A stretch of DNA of 42,273 nucleotides from a virus (lineage: Duplodnaviria > Heunggongvirae > Uroviricota > Caudoviricetes), in the IMG/VR virus record IMGVR_UViG_2908959467_000004; one strand, 5' to 3'. Positions 29,712 through 38,812 of the stretch are shown one piece after another (the stretch's first letter is position 1; every line of letters starts with the position of its first letter). Both the position numbers and the translations under genes were made by a program. The notes beneath the pieces were generated by a model that saw only the letters and a list, made by a program, of their open reading frames with translations, was not told where the DNA came from and did not search any database.

Positions 29712-29878
29712 TAGCCACAAGTCGAACGGCGCGACTCTAAACCATGCGTCGGGACCGTGGCGGGACAGGATGTCGGCAATACGGGTCAGTAAGTTCCCTT
29801 TGGGGTGCGGCGAAGCACTGTCTACTGATACAAGTCGAAGCCGCCGAACCACCAAAGTGAACTGAATGAGGAAACGGC

Positions 29879-30073
29879 GTGAAAACGTATAAACCGCTCA
29901 AAGGTGAATGCCCTGCTTGCCAAACACAGCTTCTGACACCAAAGCCAAAACGATACCAAATCAACGAATGTTATGAGCACTGCCCTGGATGTGGTGCTTT
30001 CCTGCATACCATTGCAACGCACTGGCGTGTCCGCTTCAACCTTGTGGTACCACGTACGCACAATACCAACTGA
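29879..30073 (+). CDS. small zinc-ribbon protein (possible regulator)
   Basis: 64 aa; GTG start with SD GAGGAA; two CxxC pairs (CPAC ... CPGC); followed by an intrinsic terminator. Confidence 0.5.
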   Translation: MKTYKPLKGECPACQTQLLTPKPKRYQINECYEHCPGCGAFLHTIATHWRVRFNLVVPRTHNTN

Positions 30074-30104
30074 ATCATCCATGTAATTGCTGTGTGTAGT
30101 CTTT

Positions 30105-30130
30105 GCCCGCCTCAAGTGACGGGCTTTTTT
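30105..30130 (+). terminator. Rho-independent terminator (tL1-like position)
   Basis: GCCCG-loop-CGGGC followed by TTTTTT. Confidence 0.55.
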
Positions 30131-30189
30131 ATGTCTGAAAGCGCACTCGCAACAGCGTGCTCCCCGATATGAAAAAAGGAATACAACCG

Positions 30190-30339
30190 ATGAAACCTGA
30201 ACACATCCATCGACTGACGGGGCGCGATGTTCTCCGTTATCGCCGTAAAAACTTCGATTTGATGACCGGTCTGGCCGTTGCCACTGCGCTCGGTCTGATC
30301 ATCACTTTCATTCTCCTTGTAGCGAGGACCACAGTATGA
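30190..30339 (+). CDS. small membrane protein
   Basis: 49 aa from ATG at 30190 (SD AAGGA); C-terminal hydrophobic helix LAVATALGLIITFILLV; stop overlaps the next start. Confidence 0.4.
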   Translation: MKPEHIHRLTGRDVLRYRRKNFDLMTGLAVATALGLIITFILLVARTTV

Positions 30340-31244
30340 GTTTAGAAACCAGTCTAGAACTTAATAATCAACTTCTGGCACAACATAATGCGCTGCTTGA
30401 ACGTCTTATCCGCACAATGGCATCAGGCATTGTTATGCATCCTGACACGATTTCACGAGTGCAGGAATGTCGGGATACAGCAACTGAAACTGAAACTGAA
30501 AATATGTCAGCGGCAATGACACTGGATGATCTGGAGTTCAGCGACGTTATCGCACTGGCTGGTTTCTACCCGGTAGCCACCCCTATCACAGAAGACATGC
30601 TGCAACGTGCTGTTGCCTACCGTGATGCTGAAGGCGATAAACGAGTAGTTCAGATTGATGCTCTCGACAGCGCATTGCAGGGCGTCAAACGAGCCAGGGC
30701 GCTGCTTAAACCTGCTCTCCTGGACCTGTCCCGTAACATCCTTAAGTTCTGGGACGACCTGCCAACCATCGGCGAGCGACGTGCTTTTGCCGAGCAGCTA
30801 CTTGATGCACCTGCGGATGGGCGTGATGAAGTTAAGCCGAAAAAGGCCAGTAACAAAGATGGAGAACGCACGGGGCCGTTTTACGTCAAAAATGTATCCG
30901 GCACAGCAGCCAGTGAACTCCACACCTTACGCAAGTTGAACGAGATGCTGAAAAAAGGCCATATCGAGATCAACCGTGTTGAGTACCTTCAGCTGCAGGA
31001 AGAATTTGCACGCAGAGACGCAGCAAATTCCAGCCAGAATAATGACGCAAAAGATGACCATACAATTGATTTCGCGGCACTACGCAAACAAGCTGAAGGG
31101 TTGATCCTCCAGTTAGCAAAAGGGGGCTACCGGGCAGAAGCTATTGCAATTCTGGAAAAACAGGGAGCCAGGAAACTTGGTGAAGTAACGGATGAAAATC
31201 TCGCTGAAGTAATCACCCTAGCTGAAAAAGCACTGGAGGGTTAA
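30336..31244 (+). CDS. hypothetical early protein
   Basis: 302 aa; acidic, helical; first large gene of the early operon. Confidence 0.45.
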   Translation: MSLETSLELNNQLLAQHNALLERLIRTMASGIVMHPDTISRVQECRDTATETETENMSAAMTLDDLEFSDVIALAGFYPVATPITEDMLQRAVAYRDAEGDKRVVQIDALDSALQGVKRARALLKPALLDLSRNILKFWDDLPTIGERRAFAEQLLDAPADGRDEVKPKKASNKDGERTGPFYVKNVSGTAASELHTLRKLNEMLKKGHIEINRVEYLQLQEEFARRDAANSSQNNDAKDDHTIDFAALRKQAEGLILQLAKGGYRAEAIAILEKQGARKLGEVTDENLAEVITLAEKALEG

Positions 31245-31246
31245 TC

Positions 31247-32548
31247 ATGCCAGACGTTCACGCACAACTTTCTCCATCATCAGCGCATCGATGGATGCGC
31301 TGCCCAGGAAGTCTGGCGCTGGAGGCCACACAACCGGATAAAGAAACAACTTTTGCAATCGAGGGCACTGCAGCGCACGCGCTTGCTGAAAAAGTTCTAC
31401 GAAACAGGCAAAGCCACCCGGAACACTACGCCGGATGCAATGTTTCTATGTTTCTCGGCTCATACCCCCTTCGCGAAAATCCTGATGATACATCTGGCCC
31501 ACAGGTGGATGATGAAATGGTCGAAGCCGTCGGCCGGTATGTTGATACGGTCTGGACTCTTGCAAAGAATAATGAACTATTGGTTGAACAACGTGTTGAT
31601 TTCTCACATATAACGGGTGTGGAAGAATCTTTCGGAACTGCCGACGGCATAATCATCGCGGGTAACGAATTACAAATCCACGACCTGAAATATGGCAAAG
31701 GCGTCCGCATTGATGCAGAACAAAATGAGCAACTACAACTGTATGCTCTGGGTGCGCTCGAACAATTCAGCATGCTGTATGACTTTGAGACTGTAAGATT
31801 ATTTATTCACCAGCCAAGGCTCAACCACGTTTCAGAATGGTCGTTAACCGTGCAGGAACTTCAGTCTTTCGGTGAACGAGCACAGGAGGCCGCAACCAGT
31901 GCGATCCTTGTTCTCAATATTGCTGAATGCGAAAGCATTGAGACACTACCGCTGGAAAACTTCATACCTGGAGAAAAACAGTGCCGCTTCTGTAAAGCAA
32001 AAGCTATTTGCACTGCCCAGAAAATGCAGCATTTACAAACAGCGGCCAGCGACTTTGAAGATCTGACAAAGCCTGTCAGCGAAATAATCACCAATGCCAG
32101 CGCACGTGTACCTCTGTTAACCACTGAGCAGCTTGCGGAGATCTATAGCCAGGCCGACTTTATTGAATCCTGGCTAAAGGCAGTACGGGACCGGGTTCAC
32201 AATGAACTCAATGCCGGACATCCGGTACCGGGGTTTAAACTGGTAACAGGAAAACAAGGTAACCGGGCCTGGAGTGATGAAGAGGCAGCTCGCGCACTTC
32301 TGAAGGACCAGTTCAGGTACAAAACTGAAGAAGTATTCGACTTTAAACTTATTAGTCCCACAAAAGCCGAAAAACTTATCAAAAAGGCCAGTCCGCGCCG
32401 TTGGTCAAAAGTCGAGGCACTGATAACACGAGCTGATGGTAAACCCACCGTCGTTCCCGAGTCAGACCCACGCCCCGCACTCGATATCAACCCTGTAAAT
32501 GATTTCGACGACGTATCCGACGATACGCTAACCGCAGACCTCATCTGA
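31247..32548 (+). CDS. PD-(D/E)XK nuclease, DUF2800/Cas4-like
   Basis: 433 aa; N-terminal [14 protein letters not shown] motif; downstream Cys cluster [10 protein letters not shown]. Confidence 0.7.
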   Translation: MPDVHAQLSPSSAHRWMRCPGSLALEATQPDKETTFAIEGTAAHALAEKVLRNRQSHPEHYAGCNVSMFLGSYPLRENPDDTSGPQVDDEMVEAVGRYVDTVWTLAKNNELLVEQRVDFSHITGVEESFGTADGIIIAGNELQIHDLKYGKGVRIDAEQNEQLQLYALGALEQFSMLYDFETVRLFIHQPRLNHVSEWSLTVQELQSFGERAQEAATSAILVLNIAECESIETLPLENFIPGEKQCRFCKAKAICTAQKMQHLQTAASDFEDLTKPVSEIITNASARVPLLTTEQLAEIYSQADFIESWLKAVRDRVHNELNAGHPVPGFKLVTGKQGNRAWSDEEAARALLKDQFRYKTEEVFDFKLISPTKAEKLIKKASPRRWSKVEALITRADGKPTVVPESDPRPALDINPVNDFDDVSDDTLTADLI

Positions 32549-32563
32549 TTTAAGGAAATACCC

Positions 32564-33112
32564 ATGAAACTGAAGTTGAACAATGTTCGTCTGGCCTTCC
32601 CGTCTCTGTTTGAAGCTAAAACTGTAAACGGCGAAGGCGATCCGCGTTTCTCCGCAGTATTTTTAATGTCACCCAAACACCCACAACTGGAAGAAATCCG
32701 TAAAGCTATGAAGCAGGTAGCGAAGGAAAAATGGGGGGAGAAGTGGGAGTCCATTTATAACCAGCTGGAGAAAAAACTCAATCTGTGCCTGCATGATGGT
32801 GATGAAAAAGCAGAGTATGAAGGCTTTCCCGGCAATTTCTTCCTGAACGCTGCTAACAAAGCGCGCCCAGCTGTTCTTGATCGCGATCGTTCGCCACTAA
32901 TTCAGGCTGATGGACGTCCCTATGCAGGGTGCTATGTAAACGCCGTTATCGATATCTGGGCACAGGACAATAATTTCGGTAAACGCATTAATGCCTCACT
33001 CGGCGGAGTCCAGTTCCTGCGAGACGGCGATGCATTCGCTGGCGGCGGAGTGGCAAGCGCTGACGATTTCGACGATATCAGCGAAGGTGCTGATGCTGAA
33101 GCACTAATTTAA
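32564..33112 (+). CDS. ssDNA-binding-like protein, DUF2815 family
   Basis: 182 aa; N-terminus MKLKLNNVRLAFPSLFEAK; paired with the DUF2800-like nuclease and DNA polymerase. Confidence 0.6.
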   Translation: MKLKLNNVRLAFPSLFEAKTVNGEGDPRFSAVFLMSPKHPQLEEIRKAMKQVAKEKWGEKWESIYNQLEKKLNLCLHDGDEKAEYEGFPGNFFLNAANKARPAVLDRDRSPLIQADGRPYAGCYVNAVIDIWAQDNNFGKRINASLGGVQFLRDGDAFAGGGVASADDFDDISEGADAEALI

Positions 33113-33133
33113 AAATATTCATCCCCCAGCTAC

Positions 33134-33802
33134 GTGCTGGGGGATCTCATGAGGGAAAGAATAATGTCACAGCCCGTATTAACTAATTACCTTAAAACTC
33201 AAATCATCAATAACGCACTTGAGAAAGCGGGTATCCCCAAACGTAAATCAGCACTACGAGCTGCTCGTGTTGAATGGGCCGAACGTGTTCGGCTTGCAGC
33301 TATCGGGGGCGTAGAGAAAGAAGCTGAAATATTAAAAAATATAAAAAAAATAGAAACACTGGTATCAAAATTCCCCGAAGCATTAAAAACCGCCAATAAC
33401 ATTATCAGGGAAGAGTGTTACATGTGTCTGAATCTGGCAGGTTCTCGGGTTACCGTCTATTTCAACGGTAACTACCGAGGATATGAATCAGGGTCACCAG
33501 ACCATATTCACAAAATCGCGCCGGGGGAATTTACCCTTCTGGCAAATGACCCTCTAGTTACAGAGTTTTACGGGTTTGATACACTTTATGAGCAGATACA
33601 GAGCGATGAGTCAGACATTCGACAGAATGTCAGCGCTGCACTCAGTAAAGTGCGCACAGTTAAGCGCCTGCTGGAAGAGTGGCCTGAAGCTAAAGAACTT
33701 CTGCCAGCCGATGCACCATCTGCTCCGCTTCCGCCAGCTATACGACGCGAAACTCTCAACGAAATGATCGGCCTCCCTTCTGACGAAGGGGTAGATGCTT
33801 AA
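33134..33802 (+). CDS. hypothetical protein
   Basis: 222-aa ORF; internal ATG at 33164 is an alternative start. Confidence 0.4.
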   Translation: MLGDLMRERIMSQPVLTNYLKTQIINNALEKAGIPKRKSALRAARVEWAERVRLAAIGGVEKEAEILKNIKKIETLVSKFPEALKTANNIIREECYMCLNLAGSRVTVYFNGNYRGYESGSPDHIHKIAPGEFTLLANDPLVTEFYGFDTLYEQIQSDESDIRQNVSAALSKVRTVKRLLEEWPEAKELLPADAPSAPLPPAIRRETLNEMIGLPSDEGVDA

Positions 33803-33869
33803 TATTTCTTATAACAAAGGCTGGCTTAAGAAAATAGTTATCCAAACCAGCCTACCGCAATACTAAAAA

Positions 33870-34139
33870 TTAAAATTCATTGAATTTAAAAAGACATTTC
33901 CCTATTGGATTGCCATAGTCTCTACATACCGAAATGCTGTCCCATACAGGCTGAGCCAAACACCCAAGAAAGAACCCAATAAGCGCAAAAATTATAATTT
34001 TGGGAAGAACACGATCCTTAGGACCTTCTTCACGTTCGAGCCATGCGCCACCAGCCCGAACTATTCTCCCTAAAATATAAAGAATGGGGAAAGCAATAAT
34101 ACCTATCAATGAAAGTATTCCGATACCAAAGCTAAACAC
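33870..34139 (-). CDS. small integral membrane protein, oppositely oriented moron
   Basis: 89 aa; hydrophobic helices ILSLIGIIAFPILYIL and IIIFALIGFFLGCLA; AT-rich; antisense to the replication operon. Confidence 0.5.
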   Translation of the reverse strand: MFSFGIGILSLIGIIAFPILYILGRIVRAGGAWLEREEGPKDRVLPKIIIFALIGFFLGCLAQPVWDSISVCRDYGNPIGKCLFKFNEF

Positions 34140-34195
34140 CGCCGTCTCCTTGTTTATTTACACCTACATAACCATATATCACACAAGGTTATTTT

Positions 34196-36259
34196 ATGTC
34201 CAATATACTATGGGGTGACCTAGAAACCTATTGCGAAATCCCTATTACGAACGGTACCCATGCGTATGCCGAAGGCGTTGAAGTGATGCTGTTCGCATGG
34301 GCTATCAACGACGAGCCCGTAAACGTGTGGGATATCACTGCCGGTGGTGGTATTCCACACGGCTTATACGAAGCAATCGCAGCCCCTGAAACCCTGCTTT
34401 ATTTTCATAACTCTCACTTCGACCGCACCGTCCTGCGTTATGCAATGCCGCGCCTGGCACCGCCAGTCGAACGTTGGCGCGACACAATGGTGCAGGCGCT
34501 GGCGCACGGTCTCCCGGGGTCTCTGGGGGAACTCTGCGAAGTACTAGGCGTCCCGCAAGACAAAGCGAAGGACAAAGAAGGTAAAGCGCTGATCCAGCTG
34601 TTCTGTAAGCCACGCCCGAAAAACAGCAAACTGCGCCGGGCCACCAGCAAAACCCACCCGGAAGAATGGCGGCGCTTTGTTGCTTACGCCGGACTGGATA
34701 TCGAGGCAATGCGCGAAGTCTATAAACGTCTGCCGAAGTGGAATTATCAGGGGACAGAACTGGCGCTCTGGCATCGTGATCAGCAGATCAACGACCGGGG
34801 CGTCTGCATGGACATTCAACTCGCGCGCGCTGCGATCGAAGCGGTAGACCAGGAGCAAAAGCGCCTGGCAAAGCGTACACAGGAAATGACTGATGGCGAA
34901 GTGCAGGCAGCAACACAACGGGACGCGTTGATTAAGCACATCGTTGAATCCTACGGTGTGGAGCTACCAGACATGCAACGCAGTACTCTGGAACGTCGTA
35001 TAGCCGACCCCGATTTACCATCTGCCGTGAAAGAACTGCTGGCTATCCGCCTGCAGGCCAGTACTACCAGCACCAGTAAATACAAGGCACTGATGAAAGG
35101 CGTAAGCCACGACGGGCGCTTACGCGGTACGCTACAGTTCTGCGGGGCGTCACGTACCGGTCGTTGGGCCGGACGGCTATTCCAGCCCCAGAACCTTCCC
35201 CGCCCTTCACTAAAACAGGAACAAATAGACGAAGGCATCGAAGCACTGAAAGCCGGATGTGCAGACCTGCTGTTTGACAATATCATGGAACTAACCAGTT
35301 CAGCGTTACGTGGCTGCATTATCGCGCCAACAGGCAAAAAACTGGTGGTAAGTGACTTGTCGAACATTGAAGGCCGTATGCTGGCATGGCTGGCGGGAGA
35401 AGAATGGAAACTGAATGCATTCAGAGAGTACGACGCCGGAACGGGTCCGGACTTATATAAACTGGCGTATGCAAAAGCTTTCGATATTGCACCAGATGAT
35501 GTTGATAAACACATGCGTCAGATCGGTAAAGTCATGGAACTCGGTCTGGGTTATGGCGGTGGTGTATCGGCTTTCATCACTTTTGCTCTGGTTTACGGTC
35601 TCGATCTCGACGAGCTGGCGAACGCCGCACTGCCAAACATTCCCCGCGATGTTATCCGCGAGGCGAAAAGCTGGTACAACGAATCGGTTAAACGTAAGTC
35701 GACCTTTGGCCTGTCCGAGCGTGTATTCATCGCATGTGACTCGCTCAAGCGCCTGTGGCGCAGGGCGCACCCGGCGACCTGCGATTTCTGGTACGAACTG
35801 GAGCGCACCGTCCGCACTGCAATCGCCACACCGCAAAAAACATTGTATTGCGGTTATCTTAAAATCCGCCGCGATGGCGCGTGGCTGCGCATACAGCTAC
35901 CATCCGGACGCGCTGTATGCTACCCCTCTCCGGTTATCGAAAAAGGGAATATCACCTATATGGGTGTTAACTCTTATTCGCGTAAATGGCAACGACTCAA
36001 AACCTACGGCGGAAAGCTGGTAGAGAACGTCACCCAGGCGGCCGCCCGCGACGTTCTGGCCGGAAACATGCCGCTTATCGAAGATGCCGGTTACAGCATT
36101 GTGCTGACGGTACACGACGAGGTGATCACCGAAGCACCTGACACAGAAGATTTCAACGATAAAGAGCTTTCCGCGCTTCTCTCCAATAACCCCGAATGGG
36201 CGCCCGATATCCCACTGAACGCTGGCGGTTTTGAGGCGTACCACTACCGTAAGGATTAA
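34196..36259 (+). CDS. DNA polymerase, family A (PolA-like)
   Basis: 687 aa; motif B-like [16 protein letters not shown] and motif C-like VHDEV; N-terminal exonuclease-like region. Confidence 0.85.
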   Translation: MSNILWGDLETYCEIPITNGTHAYAEGVEVMLFAWAINDEPVNVWDITAGGGIPHGLYEAIAAPETLLYFHNSHFDRTVLRYAMPRLAPPVERWRDTMVQALAHGLPGSLGELCEVLGVPQDKAKDKEGKALIQLFCKPRPKNSKLRRATSKTHPEEWRRFVAYAGLDIEAMREVYKRLPKWNYQGTELALWHRDQQINDRGVCMDIQLARAAIEAVDQEQKRLAKRTQEMTDGEVQAATQRDALIKHIVESYGVELPDMQRSTLERRIADPDLPSAVKELLAIRLQASTTSTSKYKALMKGVSHDGRLRGTLQFCGASRTGRWAGRLFQPQNLPRPSLKQEQIDEGIEALKAGCADLLFDNIMELTSSALRGCIIAPTGKKLVVSDLSNIEGRMLAWLAGEEWKLNAFREYDAGTGPDLYKLAYAKAFDIAPDDVDKHMRQIGKVMELGLGYGGGVSAFITFALVYGLDLDELANAALPNIPRDVIREAKSWYNESVKRKSTFGLSERVFIACDSLKRLWRRAHPATCDFWYELERTVRTAIATPQKTLYCGYLKIRRDGAWLRIQLPSGRAVCYPSPVIEKGNITYMGVNSYSRKWQRLKTYGGKLVENVTQAAARDVLAGNMPLIEDAGYSIVLTVHDEVITEAPDTEDFNDKELSALLSNNPEWAPDIPLNAGGFEAYHYRKD

Positions 36260-36264
36260 TCGCT

Positions 36265-36468
36265 ATGACTGTAATCAAAACGCATACCGGAACGGTTATT
36301 ACCCGCACCGGTGAAAAGCAGGTGCAATTGCATCAAAACGCGACAACGTGGGTGGCTGGCCCAAAAGAGTATTACTACAAAGACACTGGCCGCCGCGGTG
36401 GTGCTGTCGGTGTCCGCACTCGTCTGGTGCTGAGCAGCATCCGCCCAATCGAAGCAAAGCAGGAGTAA
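36265..36468 (+). CDS. hypothetical small protein
   Basis: 67-aa ORF directly after the polymerase gene. Confidence 0.35.
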   Translation: MTVIKTHTGTVITRTGEKQVQLHQNATTWVAGPKEYYYKDTGRRGGAVGVRTRLVLSSIRPIEAKQE

Positions 36469-36473
36469 CCCCT

Positions 36474-36695
36474 ATGTCATTTAAATATCGGGACAGTCCG
36501 CTTTATTACCGGGCTGCGAGGGAGGCCTTGCGCCTTGAGCAGTCCGGCGAATATGACCGGGCAGCGAAGGTCTGGGCCAAGGCTAACCGCCAGTCACGTA
36601 ACGAACTGAATCAGGACTGGAGCGAACGCCGGTCTGATTTTTGTCTGATGCAGAACATGCGCGAAAAGCGTAAGGCGGTGAGCGATGACTTGTGA
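36474..36695 (+). CDS. small regulator-like protein (possibly ANR-family-like)
   Basis: 73 aa from ATG at 36474 (SD AGGAG); basic helical protein with C-terminal FC motif. Confidence 0.35.
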   Translation: MSFKYRDSPLYYRAAREALRLEQSGEYDRAAKVWAKANRQSRNELNQDWSERRSDFCLMQNMREKRKAVSDDL

Positions 36696-37167
36696 GCAGA
36701 CCATTCTTGACATGTGCTGCGGCTCTCGTATGTTTTGGTTCGACAAGGAGGACAAGCGCGCCGTGTTCAGTGATATCCGCGCCGAGCAGCATGAGCTTTG
36801 CGACGGTCGCCAGTTGGTTATAAGTCCGGACCTTATAGCTGATTTCCGCGCCCTTCCCTTTGCCGATAACACTTTCCCTGTCGTCGTTTTCGATCCGCCG
36901 CACCTCGAGCGCGTCGGCGATAACGCGTGGATGAGGAAAAAGTACGGGCGGCTCAACAAAGAAACATGGCGCGATGATCTTCGCGACGGCTTCGCCGAAG
37001 CATTCAGGGTATTGCGGACCCACGGTGTACTCATATTCAAATGGAACGAAACGCAGATCCCGGTAAGCAATATCTTGGCGCTGACCGACGAGAAGCCGGC
37101 CATATGGCAACGAACCGTAAAAGCCGACAAAACCCACTGGGTTATTTTCGTCAAAGGTGTGGAATGA
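36685..37167 (+). CDS. small SAM-dependent methyltransferase-like protein
   Basis: 160 aa; N-terminal ILDMCCGS (motif I-like) and VVFDPPH (DPPY-like motif IV). Confidence 0.5.
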   Translation: MTCEQTILDMCCGSRMFWFDKEDKRAVFSDIRAEQHELCDGRQLVISPDLIADFRALPFADNTFPVVVFDPPHLERVGDNAWMRKKYGRLNKETWRDDLRDGFAEAFRVLRTHGVLIFKWNETQIPVSNILALTDEKPAIWQRTVKADKTHWVIFVKGVE

Positions 37168-37460
37168 TGGCCTACGAACGTGAAAGCCTTATCGAAAAGC
37201 ACCTCGTCGCCGAAGTGAAAAAGGCTGGCGGGGTCGCCTTTAAGTTCGTGTCACCCGGTCGCCGCTCGGTACCGGATCGCATTGTCCTGCTACCCGGCGG
37301 TCGCATCGTCTTTGTCGAATGCAAAGCGCCAGGCAAACCACCACGGCCTGACCAGTTACGCGAGCACGAACGGCTGCGCGCGTTGGGCTTTACCGTGGTG
37401 GTATTAGATAGCAAAAATCTGGAGGGGATATTGTGCGGGGAGCCTATTACAACGAAATAG
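37164..37460 (+). CDS. VRR-NUC domain nuclease
   Basis: 98 aa from ATGATG at 37164 overlapping the upstream stop; PD-(D/E)XK-like core DRIVLL...VFVECK. Confidence 0.7.
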   Translation: MMAYERESLIEKHLVAEVKKAGGVAFKFVSPGRRSVPDRIVLLPGGRIVFVECKAPGKPPRPDQLREHERLRALGFTVVVLDSKNLEGILCGEPITTK

Positions 37461-38461
37461 ACCCTAACGCAGCACAATGGCTGCGTAACCTTATTGCTGC
37501 AGGTCATATCGCCCCGGGTGAAGTTGATGAAAGGAGTATCGAAGATGTCGCACCAGACGACTTGCGCGGATTCACACAGTGCCATTTCTTCGCCGGGATC
37601 GGCGTCTGGTCTTATGCTCTGCGTCTGGCCGGATGGCCGGATAACAAACCGGTCTGGACAGGAAGTTGCCCGTGCCAGCCTTTCAGCTCGGCTGGTAAAG
37701 GCGCTGGGTTTGATGACGAGCGGCACCTATGGCCAGCACTATTCCACCTCATCAGCGAGCGACGCCCTAAGCTGGTATTTGGCGAACAGGTTGCGGGAGT
37801 CAATGCCTGGTTCGATCTTGTACAAACTGACGTGGAAGCAGTGGACTACGCCTTTGGGCTTGTCCCGTTTCCGGCTGCGGGCGTCGGTGCCCCGCATATC
37901 CGAGATAGAGCGTATTGGGTGGCCGACGCCAGCGGCGAGCGATCACAGCGGTGGCGAAAGCGCCTCAATAGCATTGAGGAAGATGTCTGGAGATCGTCGA
38001 CCGTCCGGCAACACGCTACACAGCTCCCTGCGGAATTTTGCTCACCTAGCGGGGTGGTACACCCCAACCTGCAACACAAACCCACAGCCGGAGACAAAAC
38101 GCGGTCTAGAAACCTTAGCGGGACTATCCAGATTAGCGGGATGGCCGACAGTGACGACGATCGACAACAACCAAGTTCGTGCCGAGGGCGCAGCGGCCAA
38201 TCATACCGAACGGGGAACGACCCTCGGCGGCGCTGCGAGAATCTGCGGCCCAATACGATTAACGGCTGCTGGGATGGTGCTGACTGGCTCCTCTGCCGGG
38301 ATGGTCGCTGGCGGCCAGTTGAATCCGGCACATGCCCGTTGGCTAATGGGATTACCTCCAGAGTGGGACGACTGCGCGCCTACGGCAACGCGATAGTCGC
38401 ACCAGCTGCCGCAACATTCATCCGCTCGTTTATGGAATGCGCAGGATACGACCTTATTTAA
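37433..38461 (+). CDS. DNA (cytosine-5) methyltransferase, Dcm-like
   Basis: 342 aa; motif I FFAGIGV, motif [15 protein letters not shown], motif VIII-like [10 protein letters not shown], motif X-like YGNAIVAP; a second long ORF (37494..38396, +1 frame) with MTase-like motifs overlaps it. Confidence 0.7.
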   Translation: MRGAYYNEIDPNAAQWLRNLIAAGHIAPGEVDERSIEDVAPDDLRGFTQCHFFAGIGVWSYALRLAGWPDNKPVWTGSCPCQPFSSAGKGAGFDDERHLWPALFHLISERRPKLVFGEQVAGVNAWFDLVQTDVEAVDYAFGLVPFPAAGVGAPHIRDRAYWVADASGERSQRWRKRLNSIEEDVWRSSTVRQHATQLPAEFCSPSGVVHPNLQHKPTAGDKTRSRNLSGTIQISGMADSDDDRQQPSSCRGRSGQSYRTGNDPRRRCENLRPNTINGCWDGADWLLCRDGRWRPVESGTCPLANGITSRVGRLRAYGNAIVAPAAATFIRSFMECAGYDLI

Positions 38462-38778
38462 TGCCACTCACATCTGGCATGATACCGTCCAGAAGGTAAT
38501 TGCTTATATACAACGGAGCCGCCCATGGCATAAGTATAAGCATGAAGTTTTGTCCAGAAGTCCCCATAAACTAGTATTGGGGCTAAAAATTTTGGATCGC
38601 TAACCATAGATGTAGCAGGAAGCTCGAAACCTTTAGAAAGAATGTTTACCAGTGAAGGGTAATTTTCAAAATCAGTGCTATTCCCGCCCACCTCTAAAGC
38701 ATCCAGTTCAAAGTCGAGCACTCCACCATTTTTGTAATACTCCGGAACAGTTAACCCTGATGTTAACAAAGTAGCCAT
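38458..38778 (-). CDS. hypothetical protein, oppositely oriented moron
   Basis: 106 aa; strong SD AGGAGG 8 nt upstream; lower GC; divergent from the helicase gene. Confidence 0.5.
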   Translation of the reverse strand: MATLLTSGLTVPEYYKNGGVLDFELDALEVGGNSTDFENYPSLVNILSKGFELPATSMVSDPKFLAPILVYGDFWTKLHAYTYAMGGSVVYKQLPSGRYHARCEWH

Positions 38779-38812
38779 TAAACAATCCTCCTGAATTTTA
38801 AAGGGTTACATT

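Noticed and set aside
32197-32754. 185-aa minus-strand ORF across the DUF2800/DUF2815 junction
   Set aside because: Ser/Arg-rich low-complexity translation antisense to two coupled, motif-bearing genes.
34335-35836. Several minus-strand ORFs (124-187 aa) inside the DNA polymerase gene
   Set aside because: Antisense to a gene with clear polymerase motifs; high GC explains the stop-free antisense frames.
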